From assembly GCA_031391225.1 (NCBI GenBank), contig JANMUC010000435.1, positions 1-27,148 on the forward strand: DNA of 27,148 bases. Reading direction: 5' to 3'. This DNA comes from Deinococcales bacterium (GTDB lineage Bacteria > Deinococcota > Deinococci > Deinococcales > JAAFIG01). The first letter of the stretch is position 1. The number at the start of each line of letters is the position of its first letter. Both the position numbers and the translations under genes were made by a program. Shown here piece after piece: positions 15,704 through 23,122 of this stretch. The notes beneath the pieces were generated by a model. The model saw only the letters and a program-made list of their open reading frames with translations, was not told the DNA's origin and ran no database searches.

Positions 15704-15970
15704 ATGGCACAAACTACAAAAACTTGCAGACTCGAGCCTCGCGTTTATAGCACTGCTGAACGAGTTGCAGAACATTATGGCGTGACACTTGGCGGCGCGA
15801 TTCGGATGTTAATTCTCTCCCAAGATGTGCGTCGGCAATTCCTTACACCTGAAGAATTGGGCGATGCTCCACGTCATCAAACAGGTGCAAGTTTTGGTTT
15901 TCCCTCGAGTAATTCGGCTCGAGTCTCAATCCCAAGCAACAAAATTCAGATTGGAGTAAGACATTCATGA
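15704..15970 (+). CDS. Second RHH-like DNA-binding protein (divergent)
   Basis: TTKTCRLEPRVYSTAERVAEHYGVTLGGAIRMLI beta-alpha-alpha pattern; RBS AAAGGCGG. Confidence 0.6.
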   Translation: MAQTTKTCRLEPRVYSTAERVAEHYGVTLGGAIRMLILSQDVRRQFLTPEELGDAPRHQTGASFGFPSSNSARVSIPSNKIQIGVRHS

Positions 15971-16530
15971 TCGAAGCAACCCCACAACAATTGAACCAAG
16001 CGGCGCGATTAGCGACCAGTCGAAATATGGATTTTCAAGATGCGTTAAATGCTGTAATGACTGACCCAAACGCGGCGGCAACCCTCGAGCGCAACAACAC
16101 AAGCCCTGACATGAGCGCCGTTCTTGAAGCGTTCTCTCGTGGCAGCCTTGCGGGTCGTGCGTCGCTCGAAATGGAACAACGTCAAGCCAGTTACGACAAA
16201 CGCATGAATGATATTGAAAACCTCGCGCTCGAGGCTTCTGAACAAATTAAACAGCTTCGCGGCGGTACGGCTGGACTCGCCCTCGGGTTCAGTGACCACT
16301 TGCGCCAACACTCAGAAATTCAAGCTGGTCAACGTGACTCGTTTGATATTGAACGCACTGCCCAATTGGTTCTCGAGGGCATGTCTGGCGCTGGCATGTC
16401 TGATGCTCAAAAAGAGCGTTACCTTGCCAGTTTGACAGACTTACCAAAGCCAAAAGCTAAGGCGCTGTTGGAATCCAATAAGGGCAAGTCAAAAAACAAG
16501 GTTCAAAACGAAAGCGAGGACGAAGAATAA
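15967..16530 (+). CDS. Hypothetical helical/coiled-coil protein with acidic tail
   Basis: ATGA coupling; heptad-like LEMEQRQ...IENLALEASEQIKQL; ends ESEDEE. Confidence 0.7.
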   Translation: MIEATPQQLNQAARLATSRNMDFQDALNAVMTDPNAAATLERNNTSPDMSAVLEAFSRGSLAGRASLEMEQRQASYDKRMNDIENLALEASEQIKQLRGGTAGLALGFSDHLRQHSEIQAGQRDSFDIERTAQLVLEGMSGAGMSDAQKERYLASLTDLPKPKAKALLESNKGKSKNKVQNESEDEE

Positions 16531-16796
16531 TGGACTCGCAAGCCGTTGCTGTTGGTATTCAACACGCTCACGCGGCTGGTAAATCGCGTGGCTTTGGTCA
16601 GGGCGCGGTCATCCTTGGCACGGTTGGCATTTTGGCTGTGATCGGTGCGATTGCTTTTTTAAATCAAAAAGCAGACGCTGACAAGAAAGACGCAATTTAT
16701 CAAGCTGAAAATCGCAGTTTCTCGAGTGGCGTGGACATTGGCAAGAAAGAAGCCCTTGACGCACAAAGACAAGTCTCGAGGGTGGTGAGCGTATGA
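16530..16796 (+). CDS. Single-pass membrane protein (88 aa)
   Basis: TAATG coupling; hydrophobic GAVILGTVGILAVIGAIAFL. Confidence 0.75.
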   Translation: MDSQAVAVGIQHAHAAGKSRGFGQGAVILGTVGILAVIGAIAFLNQKADADKKDAIYQAENRSFSSGVDIGKKEALDAQRQVSRVVSV

Positions 16797-17176
16797 GTTC
16801 GCTTAGGGATCGAATTATTATTGGGATTTCTGAATTCCGAGGGAATAATCAAGGGTCAGATTTTCTCAATTTAGACCGAGAAGGTGAATGGTCAAAGGTC
16901 AAGAATGCGCTTGCCTCACTCAAAAAAGAAGGCTTAATTTTTATTCGGCGCTCAGAAAACGGAGACGACCCGTACTACAGTTATTGGGCTTTGACTTCAC
17001 AGGGAGAAGGCAAGGTAAAACAGTTGAAACCCGCAGTGCAAAAAGTCACGGGTTCTGTTCAAAAGAAAATAGTCGTTTCTGTTGCCAAAAAAGCCACCGT
17101 GCAAATAAAAACCAATTCGGCTAAGTCGTCTACACTTAAGAAAAAACGCGGTTGGCTTTCCCGTCTTTTCGGCTAA
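16793..17176 (+). CDS. Winged-helix-like protein with Lys-rich tail and C-terminal amphipathic helix
   Basis: VKNALASLKKEGLI...YWALTSQGE wHTH pattern; ends KKKRGWLSRLFG, like a MinD-type membrane-targeting sequence. Confidence 0.65.
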   Translation: MSSLRDRIIIGISEFRGNNQGSDFLNLDREGEWSKVKNALASLKKEGLIFIRRSENGDDPYYSYWALTSQGEGKVKQLKPAVQKVTGSVQKKIVVSVAKKATVQIKTNSAKSSTLKKKRGWLSRLFG

Positions 17177-17193
17177 AGCTCTATCAAAAACTA

Positions 17194-17228
17194 AACCCGC
17201 CCAGCGCTGGCAAGCTGTGGGGCGGGTT
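17194..17228. other. GC-rich intergenic hairpin (AACCCGCCC...GGGCGGGTT) preceded by an A-tract; possible minus-strand terminator or RNA stability element
   Basis: 9-bp outer stem plus inner CAGC/GCTG; lies just before the RBS of 17247. Confidence 0.45.
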
Positions 17229-17246
17229 CAAGAAAGGAATAAAACT

Positions 17247-17546
17247 ATGAACAGTGTAGCTGTAAAAGCCGAAAAACTCAACTCACCTGACAACGTTCGG
17301 GCGAAACTCGAGAATTTAACTCGAGCCTTGAGCAACCTTCAAAGCACCTCGAACTTGAACCGCGTCACGATTGAAGCACATTTAACGCTTGAATCGGCAA
17401 GCGTGGAATTATTCGGGGTGCTTTTGCAACCCTTAAACCCACATATCCGCCGTCAAGCTCAGAACGCCATTCACGGCGCTTTGTGGTTGCTCGATTGCGA
17501 AAATCTCTCAGTAAACCACGGGGGTCAAGATGTCAAACTCTTTTAA
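17247..17546 (+). CDS. Hypothetical protein (99 aa)
   Basis: RBS AAAGGA before ATG 17247 (preferred over 17217). Confidence 0.65.
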   Translation: MNSVAVKAEKLNSPDNVRAKLENLTRALSNLQSTSNLNRVTIEAHLTLESASVELFGVLLQPLNPHIRRQAQNAIHGALWLLDCENLSVNHGGQDVKLF

Positions 17547-18051
17547 TCAAGTTTGTGAAGTTCGTTCCCAAGCCCTCGAGTGCGATGTGTGCGGCGTGTC
17601 GCTCGAGCCTTCGCAAGCGGTTCAATTGCCTGATCTTGGCGGCAATTTTAACGTGTGCTGCACTGATTGCACAACGTCTGAACGATTCTTTGACACGCTC
17701 GAGCGCGATTCAACCGCGTTCTTTATGCAGTTGTTGGCAGATGTTCCAGAGAACTTGAAAGCTTCAATTCTTGAAACGCTTGGTCATGCGGTCACAGGTG
17801 CTCAAATGCTTTGTTCAGTCAAGCCCAAAGGACAACCGCGCCGCGTTTCGTTCCTGGCGGCGCTCGAGAATGGCTCATCATTCGGGGCAAAACTGAAAGC
17901 ACTCGGCATGATGCCTGACCCGTGCGCGTTCGTGGCTGCTGATGGCGTTTTTCTCGAGGGCAAAGGCGTTTCTCTGGATGATCTCGAGGTGGTCGAGAAA
18001 TCAGAATTTGAAAAACTCGAGCGTGTTGTGTCTGGTGGTGGTCACGGATGA
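17530..18051 (+). CDS. Hypothetical protein with putative C4 zinc finger
   Basis: CDVC...CCTDC; overlapping-gene coupling on both sides. Confidence 0.7.
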   Translation: MSNSFNQVCEVRSQALECDVCGVSLEPSQAVQLPDLGGNFNVCCTDCTTSERFFDTLERDSTAFFMQLLADVPENLKASILETLGHAVTGAQMLCSVKPKGQPRRVSFLAALENGSSFGAKLKALGMMPDPCAFVAADGVFLEGKGVSLDDLEVVEKSEFEKLERVVSGGGHG

Positions 18052-18410
18052 ACTTCCACCGTGGCGATACTCCCCTTCAAGTTCGTATTCAGTTCGCAAG
18101 TCATGAAGTGCGTTTGGGCGCTTTTCAAGTGCTGCATTCCGCCCTCGAGCAACACAAGCTAAACCCGTCGCTCGAGCTTGATTTTGTGACGGGTCAAGCG
18201 CTTCTCGAGTTTTCTTCTACAGCATTTCAAGGCGAGCCTTTACGGGCGTTTAAGCAATCCATGCTTGATACGTTGTCTGGCGAAAAGCGAACAACCCCAG
18301 CGCAGGACATGGCACGACGCTCGAGCGTTCGTGACTCATACCGCGTTGATGTTGATGCCCAAGCAATGAGCATTCGCGCCCGTGGTATCCCACGTGAATG
18401 GGATAGGTGA
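18048..18410 (+). CDS. Hypothetical protein (120 aa)
   Basis: ATGA coupling within the operon leading to xis/int. Confidence 0.65.
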   Translation: MNFHRGDTPLQVRIQFASHEVRLGAFQVLHSALEQHKLNPSLELDFVTGQALLEFSSTAFQGEPLRAFKQSMLDTLSGEKRTTPAQDMARRSSVRDSYRVDVDAQAMSIRARGIPREWDR

Positions 18411-18413
18411 ATC

Positions 18414-18662
18414 ATGCCAGGCTTAAAATTACTTTCGGCTGCCGAAGTCGCAGAACTCGAGCATCGTGAATGTTTGGACATGAAACACACGGCGGCTGTT
18501 CTTGGTGTGAGCATCAGTTCTTTAACCGTTGAAGTTCGTGCGGGTCGTCTTGAATGCCTTCGCATGGGTGCTCGAGGGCGGCGCATCATCATCCCAAAGA
18601 AAGCCCGTGAACGCTGGCTTGAGCAGAGCGTGACCAGTTGGAAGTCTGCCGATGGCTCGTAA
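18414..18662 (+). CDS. xis: Excisionase-like MerR/HTH_17 DNA-binding protein
   Basis: LDMKHTAAVLGVSISSL...VRAGRL...RMG...RRIIIPK.A.ERWL pattern; overlaps the integrase start. Confidence 0.82.
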   Translation: MPGLKLLSAAEVAELEHRECLDMKHTAAVLGVSISSLTVEVRAGRLECLRMGARGRRIIIPKKARERWLEQSVTSWKSADGS

Positions 18663-19824
18663 ACCAAAACTACGCAATGCCAAAGGCGCGGGTGGCAGTC
18701 CATTTCTTCGCAAAGATGGGCGTTGGACTGCCTCGGTCACAATTGGCTACCGTGACGGCAAACAAATCAAAAAATGGGTGTACGGCTCGAGTCAGCGCGA
18801 GGTCGTAGAACAGCTTCGAGCATTGCATGGTCAAGCCTCGAGTGCCATTTTACCGAACCGTGAAAACTTGAATCTTGGTATCTGGCTTGATCGCTTTTCT
18901 GATGCTCGAGGGCGTGACCTCAAGCCCAGCACTCGGGATATGTACAAACACTATGTCAGACATTGGAAACGCGAGTTAGGCGACACACCTTTAGCCCGAG
19001 TCAATCCTTTGATGGTTCGGGCGGCGCTCGTGCGTTTTTCTGATGCCAACTTGGGTGACTCTTACCGCAAAGCGCTTTACAACTTTATCAACGCTGCTTT
19101 GAATGAAGCTGTAAAGCTCGACATACTCGAGGTGAATCCTGTTGTCAAAGTGGACAGACCAAAGGTAAAAGTCACCAACACTCGAGGTGCTTGGACTGAA
19201 GAGGAAGCCCGTGCCTTTCTCGAGGTTGCGGCGGGTCATGCGCTCGAGCCGTTGTTCTCGCTTTGTTTGGTGTGTGGCTTGCGAATTGGTGAGGCGCTGG
19301 CGTTGCACTGGAACGCTTTGCAGGGTGATTCTTTGAACATTGATTTCAGCCTAAACCGTTCCAAGGATGGCGGCATGTTCACCACTCCGAAATGGGGTTC
19401 ATTTGGTTCATTACCCTTGCATACAGAAACCCTTGCCATGCTCGAGCAGCACCGCCTTAAATTTGAGAAACGCAAAACCCTAGCAGTTGAAGCGGGTTTA
19501 TGGAAAGAACACGCTTTGATGTTCCCTTCAGAAGTTGGAACGCCCCTTAATTATCGTAACGTTTTACGTGTCTTTGACGGTTTCGTTTTGAAAGCTGGCA
19601 TCCCGCGTTATGGTGGTTCTCACACCTTCAGGCGTACTTTTGTCACTTTGGCAATGGGGCAACTCGAGCCGAAGGAAGTCCAAGAAATTGTCAGGCATAA
19701 AAGTTCAGTTATCACGATGGATGTCTATGCACGAGTTCGTAGTTCAAGACGCAAGAAACTTGGTTTAAGCCTCACGTCTTTGGTGACTCTGAATGACACC
19801 TCAGAAGTCGGTGAACGCCAATGA
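18652..19824 (+). CDS. int: Tyrosine recombinase / integrase
   Basis: N-terminal arm-binding-like region (RKDGRW.A.V), SAM-like core, catalytic GLRIGE, SHTFRR, VRH, TMDVYA; ends 94 bp before the right att repeat. Confidence 0.97.
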   Translation: MARKPKLRNAKGAGGSPFLRKDGRWTASVTIGYRDGKQIKKWVYGSSQREVVEQLRALHGQASSAILPNRENLNLGIWLDRFSDARGRDLKPSTRDMYKHYVRHWKRELGDTPLARVNPLMVRAALVRFSDANLGDSYRKALYNFINAALNEAVKLDILEVNPVVKVDRPKVKVTNTRGAWTEEEARAFLEVAAGHALEPLFSLCLVCGLRIGEALALHWNALQGDSLNIDFSLNRSKDGGMFTTPKWGSFGSLPLHTETLAMLEQHRLKFEKRKTLAVEAGLWKEHALMFPSEVGTPLNYRNVLRVFDGFVLKAGIPRYGGSHTFRRTFVTLAMGQLEPKEVQEIVRHKSSVITMDVYARVRSSRRKKLGLSLTSLVTLNDTSEVGERQ

Positions 19825-19918
19825 TCGGTAAAACTCAGTACCTCTGCAATCATCAAAATATGCTGACTGCACGGCATTTTCTCGAGTTTGGCGTTTTCTC
19901 TTTTGTTGTTGGAATTCG

Positions 19919-19963
19919 CTGGGGGTCAAGTGGTCGTGAGTTCAAATCTCGCCACCCCGACCA
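19919..19963 (+). repeat. Right attachment-site direct repeat (displaced tRNA-Pro 3' half)
   Basis: Identical to 11822-11866. Confidence 0.97.
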
Positions 19964-19968
19964 AGAGA

Positions 19969-20000
19969 AAACCCCGTTTTGAACGGGGTTTCTTTATTTT
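19969..20000 (+). terminator. Intrinsic terminator, probably the original host tRNA-Pro terminator
   Basis: AAACCCCGTT-TTG-AACGGGGTTT then CTTTATTTT, immediately after the right repeat. Confidence 0.8.
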
Positions 20001-20160
20001 TCGAGCGGCAAGCACACCAAATTATTAATACCATGTACCTGGTGTGTGACCAAGGTCCAAGCAAACGGGTACAAAATCTGCAAAGAATCGCCTTCTCGAG
20101 CCTTACAACTTTGTAGCCCAGATTGTTATTGTTTGCCCTCAAACCAACCAACATAAGATC

Positions 20161-21195
20161 ATGCAAACAACACAACAACCTGTCGCTCGAGGGAACAACC
20201 CCTCTCCGCTGTCCAGTAGCAGCGCCATGTGGTTGGGTATTCTGTTCAGCACTGCTTTTACCGCCTTCATCTGGGCGCTCGGTAACCGACTTTCCAGCGT
20301 TCCTCATGCCCCAGATACGGGCGCAGCCCATTACTACTGGAAACTGATTGACCCGACTTTTATTTCTCGAGCCTCGGCTTGGGGTTTGTACTTGGCGCAT
20401 CAATTTGTTTCTTGGGGACTTATTTTTTACGCTCAAACCAGGGTCAAAAAGTACACCAACGGTTTGCACCCAGTCAACATTTGGGCACTGGGCGCGAACG
20501 CTGCATTTATTGTGCTGCACTTGTTGCAAACCCATGTTTGGTATGACGGTCTGGCGCAAGACGTCTCGATTTTCTCGAGCCAAGGCAGTGTGATTGTGTT
20601 GTTGGTATTTATTTTAATCATGGAAAATCCGCGCCGTGGTTTGTTCTTTGGCATCAAAGCACCGCTTGCCAAAGACGCGGTGGGTTTTGTCAGAAAGTAT
20701 CACGGTTATTTCTTTTCCTGGGCAGCCATTTACACGTTTTGGTATCACCCGATGGAAGCCACCCCAGGGCATTTGATCGGCTTTTTTTACATGTTTTTCT
20801 TGATGCTGCAAGGTAGTTTGTTTTTCACCCGCATTCATACCAACAAATACTGGACGTTTGTGCAAGAATTCTTGGTGCTGATTCACGGCACATTGGTCGC
20901 CGTGTTTCAAGGCGCGGGCTTGTGGTCCATGTTCTTGTTTGGCTTTGGCGGCATTTTCATCATCACGCAAATGTACGGGCTTGGACTCTCGAGAATCGCG
21001 CGTTTTGCCCTGATTGGCGTGTACGCCCTGGCAGTCACTTTCGTTTACAGCGGACGTGGTTTGGGTAAACTCAACGAGATCATTCGGATTCCAGCCATTG
21101 ATTACTTGCTGGTGTTTGCCTTAACGGGTTTGATTGCAGGTCCAATGTGGCTCTACAAACGTTTTGCTGTCAAAGCCCCGGCTTTGCCGAGCTAA
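20161..21195 (+). CDS. Multi-pass membrane protein of unknown function
   Basis: About 9-10 hydrophobic segments with several intramembrane or interface His residues (HQF, HLLQTH, YHGY, WYHP, GHL, IHG). Confidence 0.8.
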   Translation: MQTTQQPVARGNNPSPLSSSSAMWLGILFSTAFTAFIWALGNRLSSVPHAPDTGAAHYYWKLIDPTFISRASAWGLYLAHQFVSWGLIFYAQTRVKKYTNGLHPVNIWALGANAAFIVLHLLQTHVWYDGLAQDVSIFSSQGSVIVLLVFILIMENPRRGLFFGIKAPLAKDAVGFVRKYHGYFFSWAAIYTFWYHPMEATPGHLIGFFYMFFLMLQGSLFFTRIHTNKYWTFVQEFLVLIHGTLVAVFQGAGLWSMFLFGFGGIFIITQMYGLGLSRIARFALIGVYALAVTFVYSGRGLGKLNEIIRIPAIDYLLVFALTGLIAGPMWLYKRFAVKAPALPS

Positions 21196-21211
21196 CGTTT
21201 GAACCTCGAGT

Positions 21212-22048
21212 TTACTTGACCGCACCTTGGGTTAAGCCCCGAATCAATTGTCTCGAGAAAATAATGTACAACACCAGAATTGGCAGCACCGCCAGCGTTA
21301 GGGCGGCAAGCACGGCGTTCCAATCGCTGATGAATTGCCCCAAAAACACTTGAGCGCCCAAAATCACTGTTTTGGTGGACTCGAGCGGCGCAAGAATTAA
21401 CGGAAACCAGAGGTCGTTCCAGACTGGAATCATGTTGAAAATCGCAACCGTGCCAAGCGCTGGACGCACCAGAGGCAGCACCAGCCAGAAGACGCGGTAT
21501 TCGCTCGCGCCGTCAATGCGGGCGGCATCTTTGAGTTCTTTGGGAATGGTCTTAAAGAAGGCAGTCAGCACAAAGGTTGCCAGCGGAATGCCGCTGGCGA
21601 CGTAGACCAAAATCAGGGCGAACAGCGTGTTGTTGATGCCGAGTGCGACCATCATTTTGAGTAAACTGACCGTGCCAAGCCGAATCGGAACCATAATGCC
21701 GATTGCCAAGTAAATGCCCAAGAGCGGATTGCCACGAAAATCGTATTCGGCAAGGGCAAACGAAGCCATCGCGCTCGAGCTTAAAATCAAAACCAGTGAA
21801 ATGATCGTGACGATCAAAGAATTCAGAAAATACTGTTCAAAATGGGCGCTCGAGAAAACGGTTTGATAACCGACCAGATCAAAGGTGCTGGGCGTTGGTA
21901 GCGCCAGTGGCGAACCAAAAATAGCAAGGCGGGCTTTGGTCGAGTTCATGACGATCAGTAATGTTGGAAATAATGCAATGAAGGTGTAAATCAGTAGCAC
22001 GGTATGAACGCCAGCGTGGGAGAAAAATGTTTTGGTTTTGGGATTCAT
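21212..22048 (-). CDS. Carbohydrate ABC transporter permease (MalG-like)
   Basis: EAA loop IPKELKDAARIDGASE; WNDLWFPL; six TM segments. Confidence 0.95.
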   Translation of the reverse strand: MNPKTKTFFSHAGVHTVLLIYTFIALFPTLLIVMNSTKARLAIFGSPLALPTPSTFDLVGYQTVFSSAHFEQYFLNSLIVTIISLVLILSSSAMASFALAEYDFRGNPLLGIYLAIGIMVPIRLGTVSLLKMMVALGINNTLFALILVYVASGIPLATFVLTAFFKTIPKELKDAARIDGASEYRVFWLVLPLVRPALGTVAIFNMIPVWNDLWFPLILAPLESTKTVILGAQVFLGQFISDWNAVLAALTLAVLPILVLYIIFSRQLIRGLTQGAVK

Positions 22049-23001
22049 AATTCCACGTTCTCGATTCGACGTTGAAAACCAAACAAGTAAATCAAAACCC
22101 CAATCAAAATAATCACCAGCATGATTCCAGCCACGGCAGAACCCAAGAACGGATCACCGCCTTGAAGTTGAAAACCAAAGAAAGTACGGTAAAAAAAAGT
22201 TCCCAGCAAATCAGTCGAGAAACTCGGACCTGCCAGCGCACCTTGGGCGCTATAAACCAGATCAAACGCGTTGAAATTTCCAACAAAAGTCAGCACGCCA
22301 ACAATGCCAGCCGTCGGCAGCAACAACGGAAATTGAATTTTCCAAAAAATTGTCCAAGCGTTCGCGCCGTCCACCCGTGCCGCCTCGAGAAACTCTTCAG
22401 GGATGCGAATAATACTTGCCAGAAAAAGCATCATTGGAATGCCGACGTACTGCCAAACCGAAATCAGCGACAGGGTAATCAATGCCGAATTTTCGATGCC
22501 CAGATTCATTAAATTAAGCAGTGGAATGTTGCTCGAGATACCCCAGAGCGGGCTGAGAATCAACTTCCAAGCGAAACCGACAATCACCACCGAAAGCACC
22601 GTTGGCGTGAAGATTAGGGTGCGATACACAACGCTGCCACGAATTTTCAAACTGAGCAAATACGCCAGCAGCAAACCCACCGGATTTTGCACGCACATGT
22701 GAATCACAAAAAAAATCAGATTGTTCTTTAACGCATTCCACAACCGACTCGAGAGGGTCGGATCGGTCAACAACTCGCGGTAATTCTGAAAGCCCACCCA
22801 ATGCACAATATTTTTTTCATCGCTCGAGAATAACGACAAACGTAAACTGTCCAGCATTGGGAAAATCATAAAAGCCGTGTAAATCAGCACGGCTGGGAAA
22901 AGAAAAACCAGAATGTGAACTGGGAATTTCTGGATGAATTTCCGCAGAAAAACCAAAATGCGATTGGGGAAATTTTGATTTGCTTGCTGTTTCGAAATCA
23001 T
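22045..23001 (-). CDS. Carbohydrate ABC transporter permease (MalF-like)
   Basis: VGFQNY..L..D; EAA loop IPEEFLEAARVDGAN; FNAFDLVY. Confidence 0.95.
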   Translation of the reverse strand: MISKQQANQNFPNRILVFLRKFIQKFPVHILVFLFPAVLIYTAFMIFPMLDSLRLSLFSSDEKNIVHWVGFQNYRELLTDPTLSSRLWNALKNNLIFFVIHMCVQNPVGLLLAYLLSLKIRGSVVYRTLIFTPTVLSVVIVGFAWKLILSPLWGISSNIPLLNLMNLGIENSALITLSLISVWQYVGIPMMLFLASIIRIPEEFLEAARVDGANAWTIFWKIQFPLLLPTAGIVGVLTFVGNFNAFDLVYSAQGALAGPSFSTDLLGTFFYRTFFGFQLQGGDPFLGSAVAGIMLVIILIGVLIYLFGFQRRIENVEL

Positions 23002-23070
23002 ATCGTCTTCCTCAAGCCATAGTTAAAGCGTGGAGGGGAATAAAATTCGTCTCTCGAGCTGGGAATTAAA

Positions 23071-23116
23071 CTCCCTTCTCCCGATGTTGGGAGAAGGGCT
23101 GGGGATGAGGGTAGAC
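23071..23116 (+). repeat. REP-like palindromic element (46 bp)
   Basis: CCCTTCTCCC-gatgtt-GGGAGAAGGG followed by CTGGGGATGAGGGTAGAC; inverted copy at 26590-26671. Confidence 0.8.
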
Positions 23117-23122
23117 CAAGTT

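Larger units (their letters stand above)
11822..19963. mobile_element. ~8.1-kb integrative element with tyrosine integrase and rolling-circle HUH Rep, inserted in tRNA-Pro(GGG)
   Basis: Perfect 45-bp terminal direct repeats; int and xis at the right end; Rep, TA module and regulators inside; predicted excised circle 8097 bp. Confidence 0.95.

Noticed and set aside
18264-18270. Second CTTGATA as nick site
   Set aside because: Inside a coding region far from rep, and preceded by TG rather than (A/T)A; its presence also shows the heptamer can occur by chance
11867-19918. Filamentous or tailed prophage, or self-transmissible ICE
   Set aside because: No Walker A ATPase (Zot/pI, terminase, FtsK/TraB, VirB4/VirD4), portal, capsid or tail pattern recognised. 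Only one small single-TM protein, with a long soluble C-terminus unlike a major coat protein. Remote homology could overturn this.
19919-19963. Second tRNA-Pro gene
   Set aside because: Only the 3' 45 nt are present (no acceptor 5' strand or D arm); it is the att repeat
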